NCBI GenBank assembly: GCA_030390025.1 | Contig: CM059432.1 | Coordinates: 108,316,001-108,380,000, forward strand | Reading direction: 5' to 3' | Length of the DNA stretch: 64,000 nt | DNA from: Squalus acanthias | Taxonomy: Eukaryota | Shown: one piece after another, positions 12,131-24,735 of the stretch | Position numbering within the stretch: the stretch's first letter is position 1 | Layout of the letters: each line of letters begins with the position of its first letter | Made by a program: the position numbers and the translations under genes | The notes under the pieces: generated by a model | The model's input: only the letters and a program-made list of their open reading frames with translations | The model's database searches: none | Told to the model about the DNA's origin: nothing

Positions 12131-12789
12131 CTGTAGGGGAAGTACAGAGCAATGGTTAAAGCAATGTTTAAAAGTAGGCAGCAAATGAGTCAGTCAGTTT
12201 TATAATAAAGTGCCATGCAGTAGCTCTTAGAATAAGCTTTCTAACAAATATTGGAATCTGACATCACAAGCTATCAGTGGTATTTTAGTTGGGCTTCATT
12301 GAGACACTGCAATAGGCACAACAACTTATATTTATCTGGCACCTTTAATGTAGAAAAACATCCCAAGATGTTTCATGGTGTGGGACAGAGGCAACCTGTG
12401 GAGGGAAAAATTAGGAGGTAACCGAAAGCTTGGTGTAAAGAATGGATTTAAAGAAGACATTTAGAGGTAAAGAGGTGAGCGGAAGTTCAACCTGCGGCAG
12501 CTGAAGGCACAACAAGGTATTCTATACCGATGAGACTGCCCAGAGGTACCTGCGGAACTGGCTTTAATGCTTGGCTTATGTACTTCTAAGTCGTGAGAGA
12601 GAAAAAAAGGGGATAAAAAGAGATGTTTGTGTGTACTGAGAACAGTGAAATTATTTACACTTCAGTAATAGTTCCAGTGGAATTTCTCGTGCACATAAGG
12701 TCAAAGAACATAATCGAGGATTCATATTCGCACAATAGCTCATCTTCGCTGCCATCATAAGAATGTACGTTGGGGTTGCCTGAATAAAT

Positions 12790-13120
12790 TCACTGTGCGA
12801 CATACAAACCAGGAGGATGCCTGGTACAATCCTTGGTCTCTGCTGAGTTAGTTAATCTCCACTGGGTCACTGGCAAGAGTACAATTGGGTCTCAGTCTCT
12901 GGGCTGGGTGGTGGTGAAGGAATCAACCAACATTCGCGCTCCTGATCAATACCCAGTGACCTCTGCAGGTAAGTGCCCGCATAAGGTTTGAATTGGGCTT
13001 GGTTGTGGTGCCTTCCATGGCTTAATAGCCTGCCAAAGCTCGGCATCTAAGCTCACGCATGAAGAAAGGCCACTTGGAGGAGGTACCAGAGGGCAGTTGG
13101 TGCCCATGGAATCACACTGC
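12790..13120 (+). mobile_element. Old unclassified SINE-like repeat
   Basis: Homologous in reverse orientation to 38765-39045 (gctgagttag, aatcagcca, tagcctgcca, gctcac motifs). Confidence 0.55.
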
Positions 13121-13656
13121 TGTTGGAAGAAGAGTTGTGAAAACTAGAGGTAGAAAGAGGAGAGGGATCCTTGAGCATTGGTGCTTCATTAAAGAGCCTT
13201 GATTTACATTGATCAATAAATAAAACTCCCATCATTGCTGTCATCTAAACTCTCTCCTTCTGACATAAGTCACATATCCACTTCAGGTGTAGGTTTAATC
13301 ATAGGATAGAACTCGAGGCAGAGATCTGCCAGATAATTATTTACAATGTACTGGCATGTGAAGGAGTGACTTAAGTATAGGTATCACACCTATTCAGACT
13401 TCTAGTTGCTGCTAATTTGACTGCACGGTGAATTTATAGCAGCTTCCAGTTAAAATGTACTTAGTTACTGTAGTGTAACAAATTACTAATTATGGTTTTC
13501 CAACCAAGGAATGTAATTTAGATGTCATACATGCCCCATGTACCAGCTTTAGACTGTACGTAGATACAAGTGAGTGCATCAGCTACTGACTGCACATAGA
13601 TACCAGCTCCCATGTACTGCATGCAAGCTGGTATCTATGTGCAGTCAGTAGCTGAT

Positions 13657-14348
13657 CAGGAAACACAGAATGTTAGTCTGCAGGTACAGCAAGCAATTAG
13701 GAAGACAAATGGCATGTTGGCCTTTATTGTAAGTGGGTTGGAGTATAAGAGTAAGGATGTCTTACTACAATTGTACAGGACTTTGGTGAGACCTCACCTG
13801 GAGTACCTGTGCACAGTTTTGGTCTCCTTATCTAAGGAAGGACATAATTGCCTCGGAGGCGGTGCAACGAAGGTTCACTAGATTGATTCCTGGGATGAGA
13901 GGGCTGTCCTATGAGGAGAGATTGGGCCTATACTCTCTGGAGTTTAGGAGAATGAGAGGTGATCTCATTGAAGCATATAAGATTCTGAGGGGATTGACAG
14001 GATGTTTGCTGAGAGGTTGTTTCCCTCCGGCTGGTGTGTCTAGGACTCGGGGGCATTGTCTCAGGATAAGGGGTCGGCCATTTAAGACTGAGATGAGGAG
14101 GAATTTCTTCACTCAGAGGGTTGTGAATCTTTGGAAATCTCTACCCCAAAGGGCCGTGGATGCTGAATCGTTGAGTATATTCAAGGCGGAGGTTGATAGA
14201 TTTTTGGACTCTAGGGGAATCAAGGGATATGGAGATAGGGCGGGAAAGTGGAGTTGAGGTCGAAGATCAGCCATGATCGTATTGAATGGCGGAGCAGGCT
14301 CGAGGGGCCGTATGGCCTACTCCTGCTCCTAATTCTTATGTTCTTATC
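13657..14348 (+). mobile_element. CR1 3' fragment with TSD
   Basis: ORF2 C-terminus (LVRPHLEY...RRMRGDLIE...NFFTQRVV), ttcttatg tail, 13-bp TSD agtgcatcagcta at 13573-13585 and 14352-14364. Confidence 0.92.
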
Positions 14349-16208
14349 TATAGTGCATCAGCTATGGGCTATTCCCAGATAATAGCCTTGAATCTGTCAC
14401 TGTATGAATTGGTTGTCTAAAACTGATGCAGTATATGCATGTGCTGATATTCTGGGTGTATGTTACTAAACAAAGTTGCTGTACTTTCCCTGCGTTACAG
14501 TGACTGCACTTCAAAAAGTACTTAATAGGGTGTGAAGTACTTTGAGACGTCCCGAGGTAATGACAGGCACGATATAAATGCAAGTTCCTTTTGTCGTTGT
14601 TTCTTTACTGCAACTAGGCACAGTTGGATGTGGAGAGATTTGGGAGCCTGGTATGGAAACATTCAATACCCAAGCAAAATATACCAAGCGTGTCTTGTTT
14701 CCAGCTCGCACTGCTTCAGATCTGTCACGTATCATTTAATAAAAATGGTTTTGAAAAATAAATTATTTGGATAAAATCCAGTCTTAAAAAAACACAACTC
14801 TGTATGCTTAATTGGTTTGCAATCCATGTCATTCTTGATAAAGATAAACATCAGTTGTAACACTTTTCCGATAGACAGTTCTGGTAACGTGGGGTGAAGC
14901 AGACACTAATGTTTCTTGTTAGTAAGTGGCTGGTCTATCTGTAAATGTACTGATTTAGGGATATACTTGCTATATTTCTTTGGCTGGGGTCAGTGAATGC
15001 AGCATCATCCGGTTTACTGTACACAGAGGCAACAAGGAGGTGATAAATGCATCATTTAGCAGGGTCAACACATTCATCACTGACCAGCAACATCAGCATG
15101 AGAAGCTTATTCAACTCTACAGCTGTGCTGGCTTTCTAAGAGTTTAGGGGTTATTGACTGTATCTATGTGACCATTCAGGCCCCTTGAAGATGTGTCTGA
15201 CATGACCCAAAAGTGTTCATACTCCAATTAATGCACTGGCAGTCTGCAACTACAAATATGGAATCGCGCAGCTCGGTCCCTGTTTGCTCAATGCTTTTTA
15301 CATTAACTATCTCCTCCAACCTCATTTGAAGGAACAGGTGAAGGACAGCTCAGAGATATAGGCTACCTTCTACATATGGCTCATGGAGCCATTGTGCCAG
15401 CCAGCGACAGAAACAGAGCGCAGATATATTGAGGCCAATGATACGAGCAGGATGATTATAGAGAATACCATTGCAACCATGAAGCAGCATTTTAGATGTA
15501 TGACAAGTTAGGGGATGCATTGTAGTATAACCCCTATGGCTGAATTATTGTTACCTGCATACAGAGAAACCTTGCCATGGAGCAAAAGTAGCTCAAAATA
15601 ATTTATTCTGGAAAGATTAATTAAATGACAGTTACTGTTACAATTCACAATTGACTTGATCATTTGAACCATCAGATGGTAATACAGGGGGAGTGTAACA
15701 CTACACAGCCCATCAGATGGTATACAGCAATCCCTACATTCAGACCCCTAGCATGCTCTCTCTACATCCTGCCATATACCATGCTCCACAGCACACTGTA
15801 CAATCTGGCCCCCATTGTGCTCTACACTCTTTCCCCTATCGTGCTCCACAACACGCTGCATGTTCTGTTCTACTCCATTCCACCATCAGTGACAGAGACT
15901 TCAGCAATCACACCCCAGAATTCTCCTTAAATACCTTCCTTTCACTACTGCTCTCCTCATCTTCAAAAGCCTCCTCAAAACCTACCTAGTTGACCTTAGC
16001 ATCAGTCACCTCTCGTATAATCTCTCCCCCTCCTTCTCGGTGTTACCTCACCCATCGCCCCCATCCAGGATTCATTCTACAGAAGAATGTGATCAAATCC
16101 CATCCATTGAAGAGATTACCATTTCTGGCTTTACTGCATGTAAAAAAAAGTACAACAATCAAGTGAAAAGTAACAATGGAGAGCAACATGTGGATTAAAC
16201 TTCCATAC

Positions 16209-16353
16209 CTCCTTATCGAACTCCATGAGCAGAACGATCTTATCCTTGATGGAGCTGAAGAGATTGTGCTTGTGTATGAGCTGGAAGACATCTTTATGTC
16301 GCAACTTTAAGTAAATTTCAAGAGCTTTATCATAACGCTGGTCGTAGGTGTAC
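16209..16353 (-). CDS. VPS41: VPS41 coding exon, 145 bp: YTYDQRYDKALEIYLKLRHKDVFQLIHKHNLFSSIKDKIVLLMEFDKE
   Basis: Acceptor tcccag|G, donor GAG|gtatgg; phase 2-0. Confidence 0.97.
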
Positions 16354-16599
16354 CTGGGAGCAACCGAAACAAATGTCAACCCCAGATCCCAAGTACAGTC
16401 TGCTCCTCTTAATTCAAAGTTGCTTAATTCAAGATATCAGATAGTTCAATTTTTTAGCACTAAGTTCCCATTTTGCTATTTTATTAAAGTTGCTCAATTC
16501 AAATTACGGGATAATTCCAACTTTTTAAGCATAATAGTGACTGAATTATCCAGTTTAGATGGTAAATGTAAACCCAAGTAGATAAACAACACAGCAGAA

Positions 16600-17232
16600 G
16601 CAAAAACATCTAGTCTTCTGGAAAATCATCGCAGAATCAACTAGAAAGGGCAGATATTGTAGGATGAGTTGGAGAGAATATGCATGTGTACAGAACAATG
16701 GAAGATGAAATTTAATGCAGCCAAGTGTAAAGTACTGCATGTAGAAAAGAAAAATAATCAACACACGCACTCCATGAATGGCGTTGAAATAGCCAAGGAT
16801 GCAGATACAAGTGATCGAGGAGTCTTCGTAGAGTTGATGCTTAACATGTCCAACCAATGCAGAGCAGCAATCAACAGAGCCAATAGAATGCTGAACTTCA
16901 TCAAGGGGGGGGGGATAATCTTACAGAAGTATATACAGTAGTTAAGGGAATGGAAAAAGGTAAATCCAGAATATTACTTTAAATTAAATTGAGAGAGTAG
17001 GACAAAGGGACACAGGTTCAAACTGTTAAAAGGTAAATTTAGGATCGATAACAGGAAGTTCATCTTCACACAAAAAGTGATCAACACGGAATGGGCTGCC
17101 AGATAGAGTAGGGGAGGCAAAAACCCTGGAATCTTTAAGAAACAACTAGATGTCATAATGAGGGGGCAGAAGTCTGCAGGGTCTTTATGAATGGATGAGT
17201 GAAGATGGGCTGAATGGCCTTCCTCATCCATA
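16600..17232 (+). mobile_element. Old CR1 3' fragment
   Basis: WKMKFNAAKCKVLH...AINRANRML peptide and gggctgaatggccttcctc tail. Confidence 0.8.
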
Positions 17233-17575
17233 ATTTAACATTCTCAAGATCACAGGACAAAAACAGGTTATTTGGGCTGATGATCTTCTCCATATAAACT
17301 AGAGCCAACTAGTCTAATCACACTCTTCTGCTTATTCACTATACCATTTAATATTCCTCCTGTTTAAGCAACTATCCAATTCATTTTTAAAAGAATTTAT
17401 GTACTCATATTCAACAATAGTTTGTGGCAGGGAATTCAACTTTCTAACCACTCTGTCTTATTTTCCTTTGTATTGTAGCAAATTGCCCTCTTTAGTAAAA
17501 AATTTGTGAGGTCTGCGTTTGATTCAAGGACACTGATGAGAGCAGATAGACAGATACACAGAACCAGATACTCAC

Positions 17576-17703
17576 AATTCTGCTAGTGTTGTCAGCAACG
17601 TTCTGTTACTTGGAGCCCGATCCAGATGATCCAACACTGACCGGACTACAGTCATATTGTTATAAATGTCACCTGGCCACTCTCTTATCAGGGACGCAAA
17701 CCC
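17576..17703 (-). CDS. VPS41: VPS41 coding exon, 128 bp: GFASLIREWPGDIYNNMTVVRSVLDHLDRAPSNRTLLTTLAEL
   Basis: Acceptor tttaag|GGG, donor TT|gtgagt; phase 0-2. Confidence 0.96.
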
Positions 17704-19500
17704 CTTAAAAAAAGAGAAAATATGCATGGATTCAGAGTCCAAACTTGTAACTGGTAAAGTCTTCATTCTTTGAATGAAATGCATCCTCTGCACAACATCG
17801 GAATGAAGCCTAGCTGGATAGGCTTGGAGGTGCTGCGGATGCACATTAAAAAGCTGCCATGGCTTTGTAACCATGCTCCCAACTATAGCTTCATATAAAG
17901 CCCACTGCACCAGTGTAATTTGACCTGAAGGCAAAATGCAAAAGACTTGCTGTTAGTCCTTTAGCACTAAAGCCTACACTTCAGCATGGCCTGAGAGGAT
18001 GGATGGCTAGGGTTAGCATTGTGAACTGTGAAGGCTCAATATTATGTGGATAAAGTCAACAATACAAGTTTGGTAATCTAGCTTACTTCATTAATTATCC
18101 TCCATACACCACAGGAGTATAGCAAAGCAGTATAATTTAGATGGGAGCATCCTGTGTAGGAGGTGTAATGCCAGCTATCTCAGCAGACATGCCAACAACA
18201 TTAACAGTGCAGTCATCAAAATCTATAAGGATTTCTTCATCTGGTGGCTTTGCAAATCTTTTCAATCAGAATCTGATTGAGGAATCTTTAGGATGCAGCT
18301 GTGGCACAGGTAGAATAATCTTTAATCAGATCTGAGCCTTTTCCCTGCAAGGCAGCAGCAGAGCAGAATGCCTTCAATTGCCCACTGCTTGGTCATTGGT
18401 AATCCAGAGGCCTGGACTAACGATCTGGAGACGAGAGTTCAAATCCCACCACGACAGCTGAAGAAGTAAGATACAGTTAATTAAATAAATCTGGAATAAA
18501 AAAAATCTAGCATCAGTAATAGTGACCATGAAACTATCGGATTGTCGTAAAAACCCATCTGGTTCACCAATGTCCTTTAGGCAAGGAAATCTGCCATCCT
18601 TACCTGGTCTGGCCTGTATGTGACTCCAGACCCAAATCACTACCACAGTCTGAAATGGCCTAGCAAGTTGTATCAAATCGTTTCAAAAAACAATAATAAA
18701 AATAAAGCCAGAAGGACCACCCGATATCGACCTAGGCACTGCAATTGGACATAACAGAGGCACACCCAGCCCAGTCGACCATGCAAAGTCCTCCTCAGTA
18801 ACATTTGGGGACTTGTGCCAAAATTGGGAGAGCTGTCCCACAGACTAGTCTAGTAACAGCCTGATGTAGTCATACTCACAGAATCATACCTTTCAGCCAA
18901 CATCCCAGACTCCTCCATCACTATCCCTAGGTAGGTCCTGTCCCACCGGCAGAACAGACCCACCAGAAGTGGCGGCACAGGGGTATACAGTCAGGAGGGA
19001 GTGGTCCTGGGAGTCCTCAACATTGACTCCGGACCCCATGAAGTCTCATGGCTTCAGGTCAAGCATGGGCAAGGAAACCTCCTGCTGATTACCACCTACC
19101 GCCCTCCCTCAGCTGATGAATCAGTACTCCTCCATAGTGAATACAATTTGGAAGAAGCACAGAGGGTAGCAAGGGCACAGAATGTACTCTGGGTGGGGAA
19201 CTTCAATGTCCATCACTAAGAGTGGCTCGGTAGCACCACTACTGACCGAGCTAGCCGAGCCTTGAAGGACATAAGGTGGTGAGAGAACCAACACTAGAGG
19301 AAAAACCTACTTGATCTCGTTCTCACCAATCTACCTGTCGCAGATGCATCTGTCCTTGACAGCATTGGTAGCAGTGACCACTGCACAGTCCTTGTGGAGA
19401 CCAAGTCCCATCTTCATACTAAGGACACCCTCCATCGTGTTGTGTGGCATTACCACCGTACTAAATGGGATAGATTCAGAACAGATCTAGCAGCTCAACA

Positions 19501-21008
19501 TTTTTTAAAATTTATTTATGGGATCAGGGCGTCACTGGCAATGCCAGCATTTATTGCCCATCCCTAGTTGCCCTTGAGAAGGTGGTGGTGAGCTGCCTTC
19601 TTGAACCGCTGCAGTCCGTGTGGTGATGGTACTCACTCCCACAGTGCTGTTAGGTAGGGAGTTCCAGGATTTTGACCCAGCAACGATGAAGGATCGGCGA
19701 TATACTTCTAAGTCAGGATGGTGTGTGACTTGGAGGGGAACTTGGAGGTGGTGGTATTCCCATGTGCCTGCTGCCCTTGTCCTTCTAGGTGGAAGAGGTC
19801 GCAGGTTTGGGAGGTGCTGCCGAAGAAGCCTTGGCGAGTTGCTGCAGTGCATCTTGTAGATGGTACACACTGCAGCCACGGTACGCCGGTGGTGGAGGGA
19901 GTGAATGTTTAAGGTGGTGGATGGGGTGCCAATCAAGCGGACTGCTTTGTCCTGTATGGTGTCGAGCTTCTCGAGTGTAGTTGGAGCTGCACTCATCCAG
20001 GCAAGTGGAGAGTATTCCATCACACTCCTTATTTGTGCCTTGTAGATGGTGTAAAGGCTTTGGGGAGTCAGGAGGTGAGACACTCGCCACAGAATACCTA
20101 GCCTCTGACCTGCTCTTGTTGTCACAGTATTTGTGTGGCTGGTCCAGTTAAGTTTCTGGTTAATGGTGACCCCCAGGATTTTGATAGTGGGCATTCGGCA
20201 ATGGTAATGCCATTGAATGTCAAGGGGAGGTGGTTAGACTCTCGCTTGTTGGAGATAGTCATTGCCTGGCACTTCTATGGCGCAAATGCTACCTGCCACT
20301 TATCAGCCCAAGCCTGAACGTCGTCCAGGTCTTGTTGCATGCGGGCATGGACTGCTTTATTATCTGTGGAGTTGTGAATGGCGCTGAACACTGAGCAGTC
20401 ATCAGCGAACATCCCCATTTCTGACCTTATGTTGGAGGGAAGGTCATTGATGAAGCAGCTGAAGATGGTTGGGCCTAGGACACTGCCCTGAGGAACTCCT
20501 GCAGCGATGTCTTGCGGCTGTGATGATTGACCTTCAACCACCACAACCATCTTCCTTTGTGCTAGGTATGACTCAGCCAGTGGAGAGTTTTCCCCCTGAT
20601 TCCCATTGACTTCAGTTTTACTAGGGCTCCTTGATGCCACACTCGGCCAAATGCTGCCTTGATGTCAAGGGCAGTCACTCTCACCTCACCTCTGGAATTC
20701 AGCTCCTTTGTCCATGTTTGGACCAAGGCTGTAATGAGGTCGGGAGCAGAGTGGTCTTGGCGGAACCCAAACTGGGCATCAGTGAGCAGGTTATTGGTGA
20801 GTAAGTGCCGCTTGATAGCAGTGTCGATGACACCTTCCATCACTTTGCTGATGATTGAGAGTAGACTGATGGGGCAGTAATTGGCTGGGTTGGATTTGTC
20901 CTGCTTTTTGTGGACAGGACATACCTGTGCAGTTTTCCACATTGTCGGATAGATGCCAGTGTTGTAACTGTACTGGAACAGCTTGGCTAGAGGCGCGGCT
21001 AGTTCTGG
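19501..21008 (-). mobile_element. LINE family B, 5'-truncated copy nested in opposite orientation inside a same-family element
   Basis: ORFs 19532..20194, 20275..20640 (GVPQGSVLGP, FADD) and 20562..20942. The host sequence breaks at ...gcagctcaaca and resumes at ctggacatcc. Confidence 0.9.
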
Positions 21009-22211
21009 ACATCCATGAGGAGCTGTGGGACATCAGCAGCAGCAGAATTGTATTCCACCACAATCTGTAACCTCATGGCCCGGCATAGCATTTCCCTCAC
21101 TCTACCATTACCAACCCTGGTTCAATGAGGAGTGCAGAAGAGCATGCCAGGAGCAGCACCAGGCGTACCTAAAAATTAGGTGCCAACCTGTTGAAGCTGC
21201 AACATGTGACTACATGCATGCTAAACATTGGAAGCAGCATGCTATAGAGAGCTAAGCAATCCCACAACCAACAGATCAGATCAAAGCTCTGCAGTCCTGC
21301 CACATCCAGTCATGAATGGTGGTGTACAATTAAACAACTGATGGGAGGAGGAGGCTCCATGAATATCCCCATCCTCAATGATGGAGGAACCCAGCACGCG
21401 AGTGCAAAAGACAAGCGTTTGCAACCACCTTCAGTAAGAAGTGCCGAATAGATGATCCATCTCTGCCTCCTCCTGAGGTCCCCACCATCACAGAAGCCAG
21501 TCTTCAGCCAATTCGATTCATTCACGCGATATCAAGAAACAGCTGAGCGCACTGGATATAGCAAAGGCCCCAACAACATGCCGGCTGTAATGTTGAAGAC
21601 CTGCACTCCAGAACTACCTGTACCTCTCGCCAAGCTGTTCCAGTACAGCTACAACACTGACATCTACCTGACAATGTAGAAAACGGCCCAGGTATGTCCT
21701 TTCCACAAATAGCAGGACAAATCCAATCTGCCAATTACCGCCCCATCAGTCTACTCTCAATCATCAGCAAAATCATTGAAGGTGTCGTTGACAGTGCTAT
21801 CAAGCACCACTTACTCACCAATAACATGCTCACCGATGCTCAGTTTGGGTTCTGCCAGGACCACTCGGCTCCCGACCTCAATACAGCCTTGGGTCCAAAC
21901 ATGGACAAAAGAGCTGAATTTCAGGACTGAGGTGAGAGTGACTGCTCTCGACATCAAGGCAGCATTTGACCGAGCGTGGGATCAAGGAGCACTAGTAAAA
22001 TTGAAGTCAATGGGGGAAATCTCTCCACTGGCTGGAGTCATACCTAGCACAAAGGAAGATGGTTGAGGTTGTTAGAGGCCAATCACCTCAGCCCCAGGAC
22101 ATCACTGCAGGAGTTCCTCAGGGCAGTAACCACGGTCCAACCATCTTCAGCTGTTTCATCAATGAGAAGTCGCACAACACCAGGTTATAGTCCAACAGTT
22201 TTATTTAAAAT

Positions 22212-22247
22212 TACGAGCTTTCGGAGCTGCTGCCCCTTCGTCAGGTA
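22212..22247 (-). ncRNA. Minimal hammerhead ribozyme motif on the VPS41 sense strand
   Basis: UAC-CUGACGA-A-GGGGC(agca)GCUCC-GAAAG-CUC^GUA. Confidence 0.75.
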
Positions 22248-22251
22248 CCTC

Positions 22252-22287
22252 TACCTGAAGAAGGAGCAGCAGCTCCGAAAGCTTGTA
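22252..22287 (+). ncRNA. Minimal hammerhead ribozyme motif
   Basis: UAC-CUGAAGA-A-GGAGC(agca)GCUCC-GAAAG-CUU^GUA. Confidence 0.75.
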
Positions 22288-24058
22288 ATTTTAAATAAAG
22301 CTGTTGGACTATAACCTGGTGTTGTGCGACTTCTCATTTTTGTCCACCCCAGTCCAACACCGGCACTCCGCATCATGTTTCATCAATGACCTCCCTCAGA
22401 AGTGGGGATGTTCGCTGATGATTGCACAGTGTTCAGTTGCATTTGCAACTCCTCAGATAATGAAACAGTCCGTGCCCGCATGCAACAAGACCTGGAGGAC
22501 AATCAGGCTTGGACTGATAAGTGGCAAGTAACATTCGCGCCACACAAGTGCCAGGCAATGATTATCTCCAACAAGAGAGAGTCTAACCACCTCCCCTTGA
22601 TATTCAACGGCATTGCCATCGTCAAATCCCCCACCATTAACATCCTTGGGGCCATCATTAACCAGAAAGTTAACAGGACCAGCCACATAAATACTGTGAC
22701 GACAAGAGCAGGTCACAGGCTGGGTATTCTGCGGCGAATGACTCACCTCCTGACTCCCCAACGCCTTTCCACCATCTACAAGGCACAAGTAAGGAGTGCG
22801 ATGGAATACTCTCCACTTGCCTGGATGAATGCAGCTCCAACAACACAAGAAGCTCGACACCATCCAGAACAAAGCAGCCCGCTTGATTGGCACCCCATCC
22901 ACCACCTTAAACATTCACTCCCTCCACCACCGGCGTACCGTAGCTGCAGTGTGTACCATCTACAAGATGCACTGCAGCAAATCACCAAGGCTTCTTCAAC
23001 AGCACCTCCCAAACCTGCGACCTCTACCACCTAGGACAAGGGAAGCAGGCGCATTGGAATACCACCACCTCCAAGTTCCCCTCCAAGTTACACACCATCC
23101 TGACTTGGAAATATTATGCCGTTCCTTCATCGTCGCTGGGTCAAAATCCTGGAACTCCCTCCCTAACAGCACTGTGGGAGTACAGCAAGGTCATTGTTTC
23201 TTTTGGTAGCACTGGGTGAGCAGTGAAAGTAACTTTTAGCAGGGGAAAAAATGAACTGCATAATGTTGCCGGTCTTGGGAGTGGGATCCCATGTGTAGTC
23301 TTGCAGAATTAACAAGGCATATGGCTTCCCCAGAACCAATAAAACTGGGGCTTTACTCCTTATGGCATGTGATGAATAATTAGAGGAACAATGTTCACAG
23401 AAATGGTTTCCATATTACTGCAGTATAAAAGATTGTACAAGTCTGTCTTTTAACTTTAGAGTGAAATTTCACAGGTATTGGGTAATTGAAAGCTGTGAAC
23501 AGTGAATCTGGCTGCCAATCAGTCTCCCTACAGCTACTACATAGAAAATGGACAAGAATATGATTTAATGCAAATCTCTACACTGAACAAATTTCATTTA
23601 ATTACACTGGTGCTATAGTGTAAATCTATTTTAACGCTTTCAGTTGAAAGCTAATTCTAACAATCCCTGGAGGCAGAGAGAATATTTTTGCAATTTTTTA
23701 AAAACCAGTTTGATTTCCGGTCAGAACTGTATTGTTGCTGCACTTTGTTTTGATCCAATCGACAGTGCACAGCTTCATTTTAAGTTTATGCTTTTTTCGG
23801 TGCCAGCAAACTGAATCAATCGGCTACAACAATACAATCACAGTGAAACGGTGCATCTGTTACAGATCAGAAGCATTACATGTACACTGAATGGAAACAA
23901 GTGCCTATTAATCCAGTGGGACACTGTTCTGAATGTGAGAGATGAAGGCATTTAGATCATCTTCATGGGGGAAACAAAATATCCTCAGTAGTTTTTAAAA
24001 GGGATAAATATATTTATGAATCTTAATCCAGTATCTCCTAGTGCACTGGTAAAATGAC

Positions 24059-24735
24059 AGGTGTCAGCCGTGGCTCAGTGGTAGCACTCTAACCACAGTC
24101 AGAAGGTTGTGGATTCAAGTCCCATTCCAGAGACTTGAGCACATCATCTAGGTTGACACATCAGTGTAGCACTGAGGGAGTGCTGCAATGTCGGAGGTGC
24201 CGTCTGTCAGATGAGACGTGAAACGTTTGCCCTCTCAGGCAGACGTAAAAATCCCACAGCACGATTTGAAGAAGAGCAGAGGAGTTCTTCCCAGTGTCCT
24301 GGCCAATATTTATCCAACATCTAACAATCACAAACAGATTATCTGGTTATTTATCTCATTGATATTTGTGGGACAAAGGCATGGATGAGAGTTTCAGCAG
24401 CCAATGTGCTGAGGCAGGGGTGGATGCAGCTGATGTTAAGGAGGTGGATGTAGACGTTCTTTGTGATGAAGAGGATATGGGGTCGGAAGCTTAGCTCGGG
24501 GTCAAATAGGATGTTGTTGCTGCATTTTGTTTTGATCCAAGTGACAGTGCACAGCACACTGAAACTGAATCAATTAGCTACAATACAAGCACAGTGAAAT
24601 GCTGTATCCAACTTGGCTGCTGTGTTCCCTACATTACAACAGTGACAATGCTTCAAAAGTATTTTATTTGCTGCAAAGCGCTTTGGGATGTGCTGAGGTC
24701 GTGAAAGGTGCTATACAAATGCAAGTTTTTTCTTT
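24059..24735 (+). mobile_element. tRNA-derived Deu-domain SINE (SacSINE1/AmnSINE1-like) with templated insertion at 24372-24608
   Basis: A box tggctcagtggtag, B box attcaagtccc, Deu core (gaagaagagcag..tcctggccaatatttatcc..cagattatctgg), tail gctatacaaatgcaag. Confidence 0.82.

Larger units (their letters stand above)
22166..22375 (+). mobile_element. Non-coding fold-back Penelope-like mini-element (family 1), 210 bp
   Basis: ~87-bp inverted arms (22161-22247 and 22252-22338) around loop cctc. 14-bp TSD tgtttcatcaatga at 22152-22165 and 22376-22389. Confidence 0.85.
18399..23182 (+). mobile_element. LINE family B, near full length and decayed (SINE-like head, APE, RT); hosts insertions at 19501-21008 and 22166-22375
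   Basis: APE start NIWGL..PDVVILTESYL near 18800; TYRPP and GNFNVHH; RT motifs ALDIKAAFDR and FADD; many stops and frameshifts. Confidence 0.88.

Noticed and set aside
13578..13656. Conserved microRNA gene
   Set aside because: A perfect stem with no bulges, located exactly at a retrotransposon junction, points to an insertion by-product. It is kept only as a structural finding.
17530..17570. CTGATGAG next to the exon donor as another hammerhead
   Set aside because: No stem II or downstream GAAA in the required arrangement.
24059..24130. Functional tRNA genes at SINE heads (also 37645, 55026, 18420)
   Set aside because: A/B-box-like motifs are present but no convincing cloverleaf, and each continues into a SINE or LINE body.
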